In this document: positions 39,804 through 54,269 of the stretch, piece after piece | Position numbering within the stretch: the stretch's first letter is position 1 | Layout of the letters: every line of letters starts with the position of its first letter | From: Antedon mediterranea | Taxonomy: Eukaryota; Animalia; Echinodermata | Direction: 5' to 3' | Assembly: GCF_964355755.1 (NCBI RefSeq) | Contig: NC_092671.1 | Span: 40,434,304 to 40,498,303, forward strand | DNA: 64,000 bases | Program-made: the position numbers and the translations under genes | Notes under the pieces: model-generated | Told to the model about the DNA's origin: nothing | What the model saw: only the letters and a program-made list of their open reading frames with translations | Database searches by the model: none

Positions 39804-42800
39804 TTTCAATTCTCATTGCGGTTGCTATAAGCTCATTGTAGGCTGTGGTTAGGTCTTCATTTACAATTGTACAATCAAAATAATGTCCATAATTTGCTTC
39901 CATTCTTGTTCCACTTTCTATCATATCCATAAACTCCTCATCCTTCAATAATAAAACAAAATTCATAAAATGTCTTAAGCTCTGTCTACACTATCAAACT
40001 TTATGTGAAAAAAAGTGATTTGCCCATATATGGATATGATGATGTCATATCACTACCATATTTGGGTATATCAATACCATATTTAGGCACATCACACTTT
40101 TTTTGTCAAACTAGTTTGATAGTGTAGACAGAGCTTTGCAATGTTACATTTACTCTAAATGTGTAGAAATGTGTGAGGAGAATACATACTGTGAATGATT
40201 TGGTTTGTTTCTTTTCCATGGTATACACTGCTTTAGATGCTTTGCGACTTGCTTTTAAACGTTGGAATGGTGGTGGTTTAATAAAGATTACATATGGTTT
40301 CACATCTGAGGCCTTCAGTAGTTTTAAAGCCTAAAAATAAGAGACATATTCATAAATAATGATGGGTACACACCTAATTGGTGATATTGGCTTAGGCTGC
40401 TTGTGTTCTTTCCTGCCAGTTAGTGACTATGATTTTATATTTTCTCCTTGTATCGTGTTTGTTTAATTTGTTGATTTCTATACTTTGTAAAATGTATCTT
40501 TTGCCTGAATAAATAATAATAAATAGACAAGATCTTTACTGATATTATAAAGTGTTTGAATTCTACTGGTTGGTTATATTAGCAACCAATAACATGACTA
40601 ATGAGGAACTTGGATTTGAACAGTTATTGGTAGCTTGTTCCTATTTGTGGAAACCTTTGGAATAAGGATTATGAAATTCCTCTAGTATATTAAAACAATT
40701 CACTTACTGGAGGGCAAACAATGAGAATGGCCACCTTTCCAGCTAGTATAGCTCCACGTATTGAATCAAGGCTGGTGCCATATAAGTTGCCCTTGTATTC
40801 ACCCCATTCTACAAACTTATTTCCACGAATGTTGCCTTCAAATTCTTGCTTGGAAATAAAAATGTATTCTCTACCATTGTTCTCCAAAAGCTTCTTAGTA
40901 CGGGAGGTATCTGTCAAAAACAACAATTATATATTTGTTCAGTATAATAAGTCATGTGCATTCTAGTGCAATACTGTATTTTATAGAAATTTAGACACAG
41001 TATAAAGCTCTGTCTACATTATCAAACTTTTATTTGACAACAAAAATGTAATGTGCCCATATATAGACACGATGATGTCATATCACTACCATATTTGGGC
41101 ACATCAAACTTTTTTTGTCAAACTAGTTTGATAGTGTAGACAGAGCCTAAACTAGCATATGTGTTCAAGTTAATATAAATATCTTAAATATTATGCTGGT
41201 ATTTCATGGATATAGATTTACTTTCCTTTAAACATACAACACTAAGCGAAATCAAAAATAAATTGTCTATTTGAAAATAACAAGGCAGCTACACTTACGT
41301 GGAATAGTTGACTTGAAATGAAATGGTTTACTGGCCATTAGTCTTTTCTTAAGTTCATTCTTACCAACACCAGGTGGTCCTAAATAAAAGAAGAGTACTT
41401 GTAAAAGAACCAGAAAGCACTTACAATTGGAGGATTAGTTAAATATTTTTCAAATTTTTAATTTAATATCTACACTGTTATACAATAATAAGGTGTACAA
41501 TGACACTTACCAACTATAACTAAAGGTCGCGGTCTCTCGGGTGGAGCACGAAACAGAGTGACCTCTTCATATGTTAGAATTTCATCAACATCATAATCTA
41601 TACAAATAATATGATATATAATTTGTTTTATTAATTATTTAATTTATTGACCAGGAAATAAAGGTAGATCTCATGTCTTTCACATTGGGTAGAGGGCGCT
41701 CATGAGTTTTAGAAATTGGTGGATTTTGTTGCTATATTATCCAAGTTTAGGGTTATTCGGTCGAGCACACATGTCAAAGGTTAAAATATTTCTTAGTCAA
41801 TTGAAGATCTTTGTTTTGTTTTTTTTTTGCTTTTGTTTTTTAAAATTTTATTTTATGTATATTTTTTTATTTTAGTTGTTTTAAATATTAATTTGTTTAA
41901 GATTTGACTCACTGTGGTTTTGAATAGATTGATACATTATTTTCTTGGTCTTCTTCTTGTTTGGTATTCGTAAACTACTTCTTGAACTGAGATTACTTCT
42001 TAAAGATGTAGTACTACGTGTTGACAATCGCAAACCTTAAAAGACAACACCAATCAGTGATTAGAATTCTTTGCACTTTTCTAGTTTAAACAGATTTGTG
42101 TTATGATTTTTGAAAATGTTAGTAAAATGCAATTTAATTCACAACCAAACTTTGGAAAAATGCAAAACTCATTTAGTTCCATTTTATTCTATTTTAGTAG
42201 GAAAGGTATAAAATACAACATAAAAAATTATGATAAAATAGAAGAAAAAAAATCATAATATTTACCCTTACCAATACTTAAAAAAATATACCATTTGTCT
42301 TTTAATTTATTTACAATATTCCCAAATCAGATAAAGAGATAAGCATTTACTTAAATATTTATAAGCTTTTACTTCAAAGAGTATTGTATTAATTACTAGG
42401 AAAAAACCATAAAACTGCTGAAAACAAAGCAAAATAAAGAAACTAAAATGAACCAAATTAAATGACATTATTATTCTGAAAGTAATTTCTCATTAAAATA
42501 TGACTTGTTTAAAAAATAAAGAACATTGGTTTATTTTAGGATAAAATCAAAATAATTATTTATTATTTAATAAATATTAGTAAAAAACAATGTTACCATA
42601 TTTTCGTTGGATAGCTATTCATAAATTCAAATCAAAATGTACTTAAATTTAGTAATGATTTAAATCAAACATCATTGTTAAATTGAGTTGAGATCTAAAG
42701 TTAATGCATACAAATGCAAACAGAAAATGTAATGTGCCCATATATGGACATGATGACGTCATATCACTACCATATTTGTGCATACCACTACCATATTTGG

Positions 42801-45800
42801 GTGCATCACACTTTTTTGTCAAACTAGTTTGATAGTGTAGACAGAGAACACATATTGCATAACATTCTTATTCTTCAACAAAACCATATTCAGCACATAT
42901 ATTATGCAGAAACTGTTCAGCATTTTGGTATACACAGTAGCACCTTGTCTTATTTGAAAGGGGTCAAAGTTGAAAGAAATCTGACAACATTGAAGTCAAA
43001 AGATAATTATATGAAACCCAGCTGAAAGAGGATGTTGCAGAAAAAACATTTTAAACATATTAGCATTGTCTTTGTTTTCCAGAGTTTATTTTCAACGAAA
43101 AAGTTGCGGTGAATAACAAACTTATAAAGCAAAAAATGCATGTTAAAAAATAAACGAAAGAAAATATAACTTTACAATACCATGCACAAAATAACCAAAT
43201 GAGCAGAAGGTAAACTTACTGTAAAACAATGGTGGATCTGGAACTTAATGAATGAAAAAAGGTTCTAAATAATTTACAACATTTAAAAACAAATGTAATA
43301 ATAAATAATTGAATAATGTTTGATGGTAATGTAGATTATAATAGCAAGAACAAAATAAATATGTATGCAAGTGTATTTAGTACCAAAAGGCCTATTAGAT
43401 ACTTACTTTGTGCTCTTCTAAAACTCAAGTCTGGTGAGCTTGGTACTGAGTTTGCCATTGAAGACCGTTCTCCTGGTACAGACTTTAAAGATGGTGTTGG
43501 TGATTGTGTTGGTAAAAGTGTTCTATTTAATGCCTCTCTCCTATAAAATTGAAATGGAAACCTTTATCATAATGACCACAATACAAAACATTTAATATAC
43601 AGGTGTCTTATTTGTATTAACCATACACTAAATCTCTGTCTACACTATTAAACTAGTTTGACAAAAAAAGTGTGATGTGCCTAAAGATGGTAGTGATATG
43701 CCCAAATATGGTCGTGATATGACATCATCAAGTCCATATATGGGCACATCACATTTTGTTGTCACATACATTTTGATAGTGTAGACAGAGCTTAACAACC
43801 TGCAAACAGGTAAATGTCTTACCTTTCTTGTAAAACTTTGCCAGGAATAAGCCCAGTTCTCATTTGAGTATCACCCTCAAGTCTAGCTTGCCACCACTGA
43901 GGGTCATCCTGGGCTACTATATGCAAGATGTCACCTTTCTTGAAAGGAAGCCCTGCTTCAACGCATGGTATGCCACGATCTACATCAGGGTCAAAGTTGA
44001 AGAATGCTTTCACACGTACCTAAACAAAATTGATTGAGATTTCAATATTGGATTCTTTTGTTATCGTTAAAACAAGACTTTTTATTACAGTTTTAAAACA
44101 AGACTTTTTATTACAGTTTTAAAACAAGACTTTTTATTACAGTTTTAAAACAAGACTTTTTATTACAGTTTTAAAACAAGACTTTTTATTACAGTTTTAA
44201 ATATATAATAATCAAAGAATTCAATGTTTAGTGAAGTATTTATCAACATTTTAAGTTAAATTACTCTATGCAGATATTGCTGCTGTTTCATTGTTAACTT
44301 TTCATAGCAATAATGATTATGACAATAATGATGATAATATATGATCTGATGATGATAATAAATGGAATGATGACAATAAACAATATTAATATTATGTTTT
44401 CAAAAATAATCAAAATTAAATGGCTGTAATATGTCATTTGTTTTATAAATTTTAAGTAATACTGTACTAAAAGATATTATATAAAAAACTCAATAGCAGG
44501 TATATAAATTAAAAAGTAAGTAAAATGATACCAATAACAAAAATTAAACCAACAAATCTGTGTTACTTAAAATCATCATGCACAAACTAATAGATGTGGA
44601 GTGATATGAGTGGTGTGTAGACATGCAAGCCTTTGGAAAGAGACTGGTGGAGAATGTGACTGAAACACTAGTGTGTCTAAAATATACAGAATCACTCAAT
44701 ACATTCATAATTCTGAAGGTTTCCATAGAAGTTTAGTTGAGAGTAATATACATTTTATAGTTGCACCCTACAGTAAAAATAAACTCAATATTGATTATAA
44801 AATATTTGATAAGTAGTAACAAATACTGAAGCGACTGGAGAAAATTTATCGCGATAGCAGAGAAAATTGATACAGCAATTCAGTTTCTGTTTAATCTTGT
44901 CACAGGGTTTTGTTATGTATTGTTTCTGACTAAATAAATGAAAGTATGTACATTTGTTAATTCTTAATTATGAAGGTTTCCATAGAAGTCTAGTTGAGAG
45001 TAATTATGTGAATTTTTAATACCAGCAAATGAATGAAAATCTGGTGATTAAGCTAGCACCAATATATTTTACTTACTTGAATGTTGTAATAATAAAAACT
45101 ACTATTCTAATTAGTTGAATTGTAAATCAAGAGTTCAACTACATTCCAATCTACAAACCTTTTTTTCTTTGCCAACCAGCTAAGATTTAAACAAAACAAA
45201 AACCTTTCTCAAAATGTATGCAATCATAGGCATAGAAAACAACACAACCTTATGTCTATATGTATGTATATTATATACAAGATATGCATAAATGACTTCG
45301 ATTTACTGGTTGAGAGGTATATTTCAAACTCACTGCTCCTTAATAAACGACACTAGCAAATACAAATTAGCATCACTCAGTTTTGAATAGCATGATAAAA
45401 TATTACCTCATAGAAAACGTTGTGTATTATCTTAACATTTCTAAACCGGAGTATTAAAGACAAATTAAGTTAACTTACTTGACTTTCTAGTCCTCCATTG
45501 CTTATAGCAGTTGCTGGTATCAACTTAAACGTTATGGTTCCATTTATGGAAGACTAAAAGAAAAAAATTATTTATCACTTTTATTATACATTATTATTTT
45601 TAAAATGTATACTACACACATTATGGTATTCAATTCTCCAAAATAAACAAAGAAGAAGATTGAACCAGCAAACTTTATTTAATTTAATATTCCCAAGGAA
45701 ATTAGGTAAGCAATCTTCTTGAAATTAGTTCTAGTTTAGTTAAATCTTGATTGTAAAATTTGTAAAATTACTTTTTAAGCCTACTGTACTATAAAATTTA

Positions 45801-48800
45801 AACATGTTAATTGGTGATTGCGATCATTCATTGCAATGTTTTCATGTACATGACATATAATTATATTATATATATATTATATATAATAATTATTGATAAT
45901 CTATCTAAATATATTTATCATGCTTATAAGTTAAGATCTATGTTTTGCTTAGAGAACGAAATTAATTAATTCATTTATCTTGTGACCATAAATTGCTTTA
46001 TTTTTCAATGTAATTATTATTTTGTTAATTACTAGGGCCAGAGGCCCAAAGTAAATAAAGTCAGGCGATAAGCCTGAATGAATGACATATAATTGCTTCA
46101 CCTCAAACAAAAATTATATAACTTAGAAGCCCAATTATGTATGAAATAACTCAATTACACAGTAGTAGTCTATGAGTGCTAGCTTGAGAGACCATTGTCG
46201 GTTTATCCAGATAAGCTAGGTATGAAATAGACTGTTCCTTTCATTGTTCAATTGCTACAACCGATTACAAGCATGTCTGATTAGGAATTAAAAATGAGAT
46301 TTGCAACTTACTAGAAGACTAACAACCTCGTCTGGTGTCTTTCCTTTAACTCTGATTCCATCCACCTCCACCACCTCATCATTTACATGTATCAAACCTG
46401 TACACAATTACAAAATCATTTTGAGCTGAACTCTCTCTAATTATTCATTTTAGGTTTTTCTTTAACTTTCTTGGGTTATTCTTAGTTCATTCAGTTAATA
46501 TTGTTTTCTTGTACCTTTTCTTTTTTTTTCAATTTTTGTCTGTTCATAAAATTGAATGAACTGAAATAAATAAGAAAATTTTATCTTTTGAAACTTGGTT
46601 GAGAAAAACTGTTAGTTGATTTACTAACCACTCCTATCTGCTGCACCACTATGCATGATTCTGGCAATTCTTACAGCTCCTGTCGTTTCATCACATTTTA
46701 TAGTTGCACCCTACAGTAAAAATAAACTCAAAATTGATTATAAAATATTTGATAAGTAGTAACAAATACCATAGTGACTGTGGAGAAAATTTATCGCGAT
46801 AGCTGAGAAAATTGATACAGCAATTCAGTTTCTGTTTAATCTTGTCACAGGGTTTTGTTATGTATTGTTATGTTTCTGACTAAATAAATGAAAGTATATA
46901 CATTTGTTAATTCTTAGTTTCCCTAGTGATCTCAATTATGCATTTCTAAATCTCAATAAAAAACCTTTCAAAATGTATAAATCAACTTTTACTGTCATAA
47001 TAAATTAAGCTTAAATTAAAATATCTCTCTTGATAATCAATAGAGAGTCGTCAATAGAATGGGCTACAGACTTGCCTATGGGAGAAGGCATTATAGAGAA
47101 AGCTCTGTTAGTTTAGACAAGAAATCAATTTTTATCCAAGAATGTCACAACTTATATGGATGTTGACGTATATTGCCGCAGGGCTTAACAGTACTCTACA
47201 GTTATTAGACAAATTTCAAGAGAAATTCAGATAATGTAATATATTTCTGATGAAACAAAAAGTAATATTTGGTAAATATGAAAACTGAAACTATAACTAC
47301 AAATTAAAACACCTATTATTTAGTTTATTTTATTTAGTTTAGTTTTCATCGTTTTCACCTAAAATGCTTCATAGAATAACAATAGAATAAAGTGACGATT
47401 ACACAAAAATGTTGAACAAAGCAAACTAATTTCCACGGAGTCCTCATAATAATCAAAAGAAATTGTATTACAACAAATTATTACGAAAAAATGATAACCT
47501 TTTATTAATAACCATCCGGGCTAAATTATTGAACCAATCTATGTTTTTCATAAATTAATTCGTATGCATACTGTAGCTTAATCTGTGACAACTAACTTTT
47601 AGTACACACATTGCTCATGTGCACTTTAAATAACCTAGTACATCTTTTGAGACGAGTAGGGGGTTACCCCGGTGTACTAGTTCACACACAGCCACTGTGT
47701 CGTGGACAGATGAGAGAGCGCCTTAAAGTGGCTGCACTGACATGACGTGACCCTTAAGGGAGAAAAGTGTAACATCTAACATCAGCGCCATGAGAAATGA
47801 TATATACAAGAACTTATTATTATTAACTTATTATTATTATTATAATCAATGTTTTTAAAATGAATTTTTATGAATTTATTTTATATATCCAAAGATGATG
47901 ACTTACAAGAGGTTCATTACTCTTGACTAATCTAACAATCTTCATTGAATCATCGCCATCGCTCATGTCAGCTTCAACTTCTTGTAACTTTGGGTAGAAT
48001 TCTTTTGCTGCTATTCTATCATGTACGTGTAATACCATCTGCATCAGAGGGCTTTGTAAAATCATGCCTAGCTCCTCTGCATCTTGACCTAGTGGGTATT
48101 CAGTAATATCTTGGGCAACCTACAACAACAATTAAAATCATTAAATACAATCTGTATTAGAGGGCTTTGTAAAATCATGCCTAGCTCCTCAGCATCTTGA
48201 CCTAGTGGGTACTCAGTAATATTTTAGGCAACCTACAACAACAATTAAAATCATTCATACAAACTATCTAATGTTATGTTCACTGTATATATGCTATTTA
48301 GAACTGTATTTTTCGACTTTCTGATGGAATTTTTGATTTGTATGTTACATTTTTTGCTTTTTTTAAACCTTATTACGTTTCATTGTTGTTATTGATAATG
48401 TTTCTATCTTTTCTGTGTTTGAAGGAAATAAATATTTATTTTGATTTGATTTTGATTTGATTTACTATTATTTAGCTGTAAGTTGTAATGTACAATTTAT
48501 GGCACAAAACCAGTTGTTCAAAAGACTAAATTGTGTTTTTATTTTAGTACAGTATTTGAAAATTAATCATACATGTTGTTGTGAACAATAACTTGCATGC
48601 TGAGTATTATCAACAAGCCTATATTTATTTTGTAAACAATGACAGCCAATATGCATATTGTAAAATGACAATGCAAACATAAGCTATTGTATTCACTATG
48701 GTCAACTTGAAAAAATACCACATGCAGTGCCACGATATAGCCGTCTTTTAAAACTGTATTTTTAATAGGTTATTTTATTTAGGTATAAAATGAGACCTCG

Positions 48801-51800
48801 GTGGTATATTTCTTTTGGTGTTTTTAACCAATGATTTTGCGCTTCCTTTTAACCGGTTACCACAAATTTGTCCTGTTTCTGCTCCCAAGAAAATGGAGTT
48901 AATTTATTCACACCAACTTTATGCAGCAGAAACAGGCCCTAAGTGACAACATTCTACTTAAACTACAATGTACTGCAGTGAGTACTATAATGACCTATGA
49001 CCTTAGATGATACTGCTGTATTGAAGTAAAATCATCATTTCATCAATATTGCCGTATAAAATACTAAAATGAACCATAAGTCAACTATTATTGATCTTGC
49101 ATATTTGTATAAAATATGTTCTTAGTTATATTGTAGATGATAATTTGAATACAATATAATTCTAAAGCAATATTATAATGTACCAAGTGTAATTTCTAAT
49201 CTACAAGATGCCAACCATCATTGTGGTCGGGTATATCATGGTGAAAGTCACATGGACGTTTTTTTTTATTGTACAGTAGTAACTTATGGCAAATAAAAAA
49301 AAAAACAGTCAGAACAAATTGATGGCAGTAATGCAATGGCATTAAACTATACCCTATAGGTTCCTCATTGATCAAATTAATTTAAAGGCATTCAAGTCTA
49401 ATTAAGTTATCTTCACTGAAGCTGAATGACAATATTTCAAACTTTCACACTGAAATTCATCTCTGATTTAATGACAACCAAGTCTTTAAAGAGGTTTCAC
49501 TTCTCAAATGGCACTTAAAAATCAAATTACTGTTAGCATAATTGTTCATTAGTTACATGAGAGATGATTAAGAATTCAAAAGGGGAATCAAATATACAAA
49601 ACTAATATTAATGAACAAAATCCTGGATCTGAAGACAGGTTAAGCACAGATAATTGGACAAATTTGTAATGCAACTAAGAATGTATTCTAAATATTACTT
49701 CACTGTCTACATCTGTGTGAATTATTTAACACAAAACATTATTAAAATTATAAGTAAAAAATTAAATTCCTAGCAATACAAATTCAGTAAAGAAAACCAA
49801 AGATTCAATAGTATTAAATGTATTTGAATGGATTTTATATTTTGATTTTTCTGTTTTATCATGGACCTCTAATTTATAGGTCCATGGTTTTATATTGAAA
49901 ATGTGTTTTACCAATTATTTGTTACGTATTACGTTCCTTCCTTTTGATCTGATAAGGGTCCAGTTTTTAATTGCTCAATTTCACTAATTAAAACTAACTT
50001 CCTTAAACATAACAGCTAACAAAACAACAACAAAGTAATAATAGTTAACCTGTAACATTTTTCAAATAAAAAACGTTCTGAAAAAGATTATTTTTGTTTT
50101 TAGAAATTTTGAATGATAAATGGGAATTCAATATTTATAACTAGTACAGTATTACATAAGTAATAAATTGTCAAGTTATAAATATCGATCTAAAGTAGGT
50201 ATACTGACTTAACCTTGGTGAAATTCCTTAATGAAATAAAGTCACACTATATTAAATTGAATTACACAGAATAACTTTACAGAAATCAATACATTTTACA
50301 ATTCTGAGACGACAAATTGTTCATAGTCAATGAATATTATAGTTTTCACACACTGTATTGCATCAAAATGTTGTTCTTGATATTAAAGTTAATGCAAAAG
50401 TTTGAACCGTTGTACTATGTACTTAGTGTTGAATGTAAGGCTTAATTCTTCCAAAAGTCTAAACAGCCTCTACTAGTATACTGTATTTGGAAAGCATTCC
50501 TTTCTTTTTCCAACCACATATCCACATATAAATGTTGTGTTTCTGCCTCATTCTGCCAAAAGCCTAAACAGCATATACTAGTCAGTCTATATGCAGACTT
50601 ACTACATTAATATTCTTTTATATAATCAATGATAGTCCTATAACTAAAGGAGAAATGATAAACGAGATTCAATTAATGATGCTAAAAGAAGTTACATAAT
50701 CCAGCAATAAAATAACCCTGTAAGCTGCATATTACCATTTGATATCAATGGTTATTACAATTTAACAACAGTGAAACAGGAATTGGCTATTTAATACAGT
50801 GTTGCAAACAAAGCAGCAATAACTCTGTAAGCTGCATATTACCATTTGATATCATTGGGTTATTACAACTTAACAACAGTGAAACAGGAATTGGCTATTT
50901 AATACAGTGTTGCAAACAAAGCAGCAATAACTCTGTAAGCTGCATATTACCATTTGATATCATTGGGTTATTACAACTTAACAACAGTGAAACAGGAATT
51001 GGCTATTTAATACAGTGTTGCAAACAAAGCAGCAATAAACACATTCTTGTTGAATAAATCATCATATTCTATTATTACTACGTGAACTATTTATAGAATA
51101 AATGTAGGAAATGAGGCAGTTACCTAGTTATACAATTAATGGCATACCTAAAGCTCTGTCTACACTATCAAACTAGTTTTACAAAAAAAGTGTGATGTGC
51201 CTAAATATGATAGTAATATGACATCATCGTGTCCATATATGGGCACATCACATTTTATTGTCACATAAAATTTGATAGTGTAGACAGAGCTTTATTTAGT
51301 TGAGGATTGTCAAGTTGATAGTGTAGACAGAGCTTTAAAGATATTCAAAGCCTTACAAAGCTAAATGCTTTCATATAATGAGTAAAAAGTTAAATATTGT
51401 AAATGATTAAAGTTACAAAAATACATTGAGGAAATATCAGGTCAAAGGTTAATTTCAATACTTTATTTGCTACTTTTAGTAGTTTTTTCAAGGTCAATTA
51501 CAAATCCTGGATTTACAATATGAAATACTGTACATAACTCAAACTTGCTACATTGTTAAATGCTCAAATTATGTATTACATAATTCACTTTGACCTATGT
51601 GGTGAAATATAGTAATATTGTAACCTACCTCATATGCCAACATAGCAGAAGCATTGTACACTGGTAACGGACCATCTTTATCGTGTTCTTCTACTTTATA
51701 GTGAACCTTACAATAAAATACAAATTATTCTGATTAGTATATAAAATGCATTATAATAACCTATATATCCATTAATTAACTTTCAGTGTATCACTGGCCA

Positions 51801-53418
51801 GTGTATCACTTTCAGTGTATCACTTTCAGTGTATCACTGGCCAGTTTATCTATGCCTGTACATTTATAAACAAATAAATGTTTCTATTTTTTCATTTTAT
51901 TTATTTATTCCGTTCAGTGAAACATAAAATGGGAGCACTCAGAAGAGACAAGAGCTGTCAAAGACAACTATCGCCAAAGGGAGTGTCTCTCCAACTCCAG
52001 ACAAACAGAACAAGCAAACTCAAATAAATTGGATATAGAAAATAGACTAGTTTATGTACAATATTATTATAAAACTGTCCATTGAACACTAAACAGAAAA
52101 AATGTGAATTTTTGAACAGTACTGATTAATATTACTATACCTTTAAAAGAGCTTGAAAGTCAGGGCTATGTAACACTTGGTTCAAGAATTGCATGTCATC
52201 AGGGCGACCTTGAAGCCTGCCACAAATGTAGTCAAGAGAGGTCAACAATCGTTGAAGGCCTATAGGTAAAGATACAAAATATGATATACATTCCAATGCA
52301 TGTAATTAAAGATATGAAAATGCCTGAATAGACTTCGAAGCCTGAGAGGCTTGCAGGCAAGGATATAACATTTCAAATTTAGGTGCAAAATTAATGATGG
52401 ACAAGATACAGTAGTAGTAGTAGTAGAAATTTAAAGTTCTGTCTACACTACCAAACTTTATATGAAAAACACATGTGATGTGTCCATATATGGACATGAT
52501 GATGTCATATCACTACCATATTTGGGCATATCACTATCATATTTGGGCACACTTTTTTTGTCAAACTAGTTTGATAGTGTAGACAGAGCTTTATAAAGAG
52601 AAAAGTTTTAGCATTCCTATGCACAGCTGCATACAATAGAATTTAAATAGCAATTTGAATATATTATTGATAATGAGCTAATATAATAATTGATACCAAA
52701 ATAATCATTTATAAACAAATAAATAAAAATAATTTTAATCAAACTAGATTTATTTAAATAAGTTGTAGGCGTGTCATCACAAAACACTGAATAGAAACTT
52801 GAACCCTGAAATCATTCAGTATTTATCTAGAAATCAATAACTGCAATTTGGTAAAATAAATATTAATCCTATAGCTAAATATGCTATATTTGTTCAGTAT
52901 AAAACCATGTCTGTTGTAAATTGTGATACTATTCCATGATTTGAATATTAATTTGTTGATATTCATTCAGTGGAAAATGTACGACAGATGGTACTGATAT
53001 GTTTCTCTTGGATTAATTAATTTGATTGATATTGTTTTATGTTCATTTTGCATGATATCAAGAATGAATTCAAACAATGTTACATGATTATTAAACTTAC
53101 ATTTAATGTTAGAAATGCTACAATGTTAAAACAAATATCAATAAAGTACACAATATTATTATGAAATTAGTAAAGAGAGAACTGTGAATATTTGATGACT
53201 GCAGTTATTATAGTATTAATTGATATTAACACATTCCAAAATGTATCTAGCATAAATGTTGATGTACTGTAGATGAACCTAAATTTTGTCAGACAAGTTA
53301 TAAATATGGTGCTATGGTGTTAATTAAGATTCAGAAGATACAAATAACAAAACCAACAACACTGGCAGTGGTAATACTCACCTAAATCTTTCTTAGGCGG
53401 GATTGTCACACCAGGCAT
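39766..53418 (-). CDS. MPP7: MAGUK p55 subfamily member 7-like (L27-L27-PDZ-SH3-HOOK-GK)
   Basis: Exons 53418-53382, 52259-52141, 51706-51629, 48119-47907, 46710-46629, 46397-46312, 45553-45479, 44019-43823, 43540-43407, 42035-41913, 41597-41511, 41379-41299, 40910-40708, 40330-40190, 39942-39766. [36 protein letters not shown]3 [69 protein letters not shown]. Start ATG chosen by similarity; upstream in-frame ATGs exist. Confidence 0.93.
39978..40135. mobile_element. Harbinger-like MITE family A
   Basis: Full TIR pair in last MPP7 intron. Confidence 0.85.
41006..41147. mobile_element. Harbinger-like MITE family A
   Basis: Full TIR pair in MPP7 intron; a further one-ended copy lies at about 42726-42846. 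Confidence 0.85.
43633..43792. mobile_element. Harbinger-like MITE family A
   Basis: TCTCTGTCTACACTATTAAACTAG...TTTGATAGTGTAGACAGAGCT, opposite orientation of core. Confidence 0.85.
44068..44200. repeat. Minisatellite, 26 bp x 5
   Basis: TTAAAACAAGACTTTTTATTACAGTT repeated. Confidence 0.92.
44750..44966. repeat. Local dispersed duplicate of 46694-46916 (MPP7 acceptor and exon start)
   Basis: ACATTTTATAGTTGCACCCTACAGTAAAAATAAACTCAA...CATTTGTTAATTCTTA matches with few differences; flanked by about 40-bp direct repeats at 44708-44747 and 44965-45004. Confidence 0.92.
48159..48255. repeat. Tandem duplicate of MPP7 exon start and acceptor (copy of 48046-48142)
   Basis: AGAGGGCTTTGTAAAATCATGCCTAGCTCCTC...GGCAACCTACAACAACAATTAAAATCATT occurs twice, 113 bp apart. 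Confidence 0.92.
50702..51038. repeat. Tandem repeat, about 108 bp x 3
   Basis: CTGTAAGCTGCATATTACCATTTGATATC...GCAAACAAAGCAGCAATAA at 50718, 50825, 50933. Confidence 0.92.
51152..51334. mobile_element. Harbinger-like MITE family A plus extra right TIR
   Basis: Full element 51152-51291 followed by a second TTGATAGTGTAGACAGAGCT at about 51315-51334. Confidence 0.85.
52435..52590. mobile_element. Harbinger-like MITE family A
   Basis: Full TIR pair with TAA/TTA flanks. Confidence 0.85.
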
Positions 53419-54269
53419 GGCTCTCGTGTGTTCTACAAACGCTGTCTCAATCATATATACCAGAGTTTTAATACTTGCAGAAATGTTTATGCATCGTAGG
53501 GATATGCTCCCTGTTGAAGACAATAGGTATTGTTGCGTTGCTTGTCAGTCTGTTTTTGTTGCTTCTTCTGCTAAAGAAAGCAGTGACAATGGACAGGATT
53601 TACTATACTTATGTTTTTACAGGTCAGCTAGGATTTACAGAAGATAGTACTGTGGAAAAAAATACATAAACACTCAGTTGTAATGGTAGATAAATCTTGA
53701 TTAACTGTTTTAAAGAAACAAAAAATTTTAATTGTGAATTTGTGTAGAGCAATACCAATAGCATTAATTAACTAGATCATCTTTACTTTTGTATCTGTAC
53801 TATACAGTAAGCACAGAAGTCAAAGTTCAAATACTAGTAACGGCAAACTCTGATTCAAAATTTAAACAGTAAGAACTATGTGTTTACTGAATAATGTAGA
53901 CAAATAATTGTTTAGACTTACAATTACGTAATAATAGTTTTTGGCAATGTATTGTATCAATGATAATATTGTAATCAATATAATAAAAAAATATAATTTA
54001 TTATTGTATCTCTATGTGCTGTGTATGAGTAATTATAAAAGTTGTTTGTTGACATGACATGTTGGACTTTATCACAAGACAATTCCATTCATCATGTTAT
54101 CATTACAATCGATAATAAAAACGGTTTATATCATTAAATGTTATTTATTTAAAACTGTACGGACAAAAATTAAATTTAAATTAAATTGAATTAGATTTAA
54201 ATTCTAAATTCAATTTCCATTCAGAAAAAAACAGCATCTAAAGCCTACAGCATATAACTTAAATTGTAT

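Noticed and set aside
42944-43021. Possible 78-nt or 37-nt extra MPP7 exon
   Set aside because: Weak donor (GTGCTA); the 78-nt form has an in-frame TGA and the 37-nt form frameshifts; no support without transcripts.
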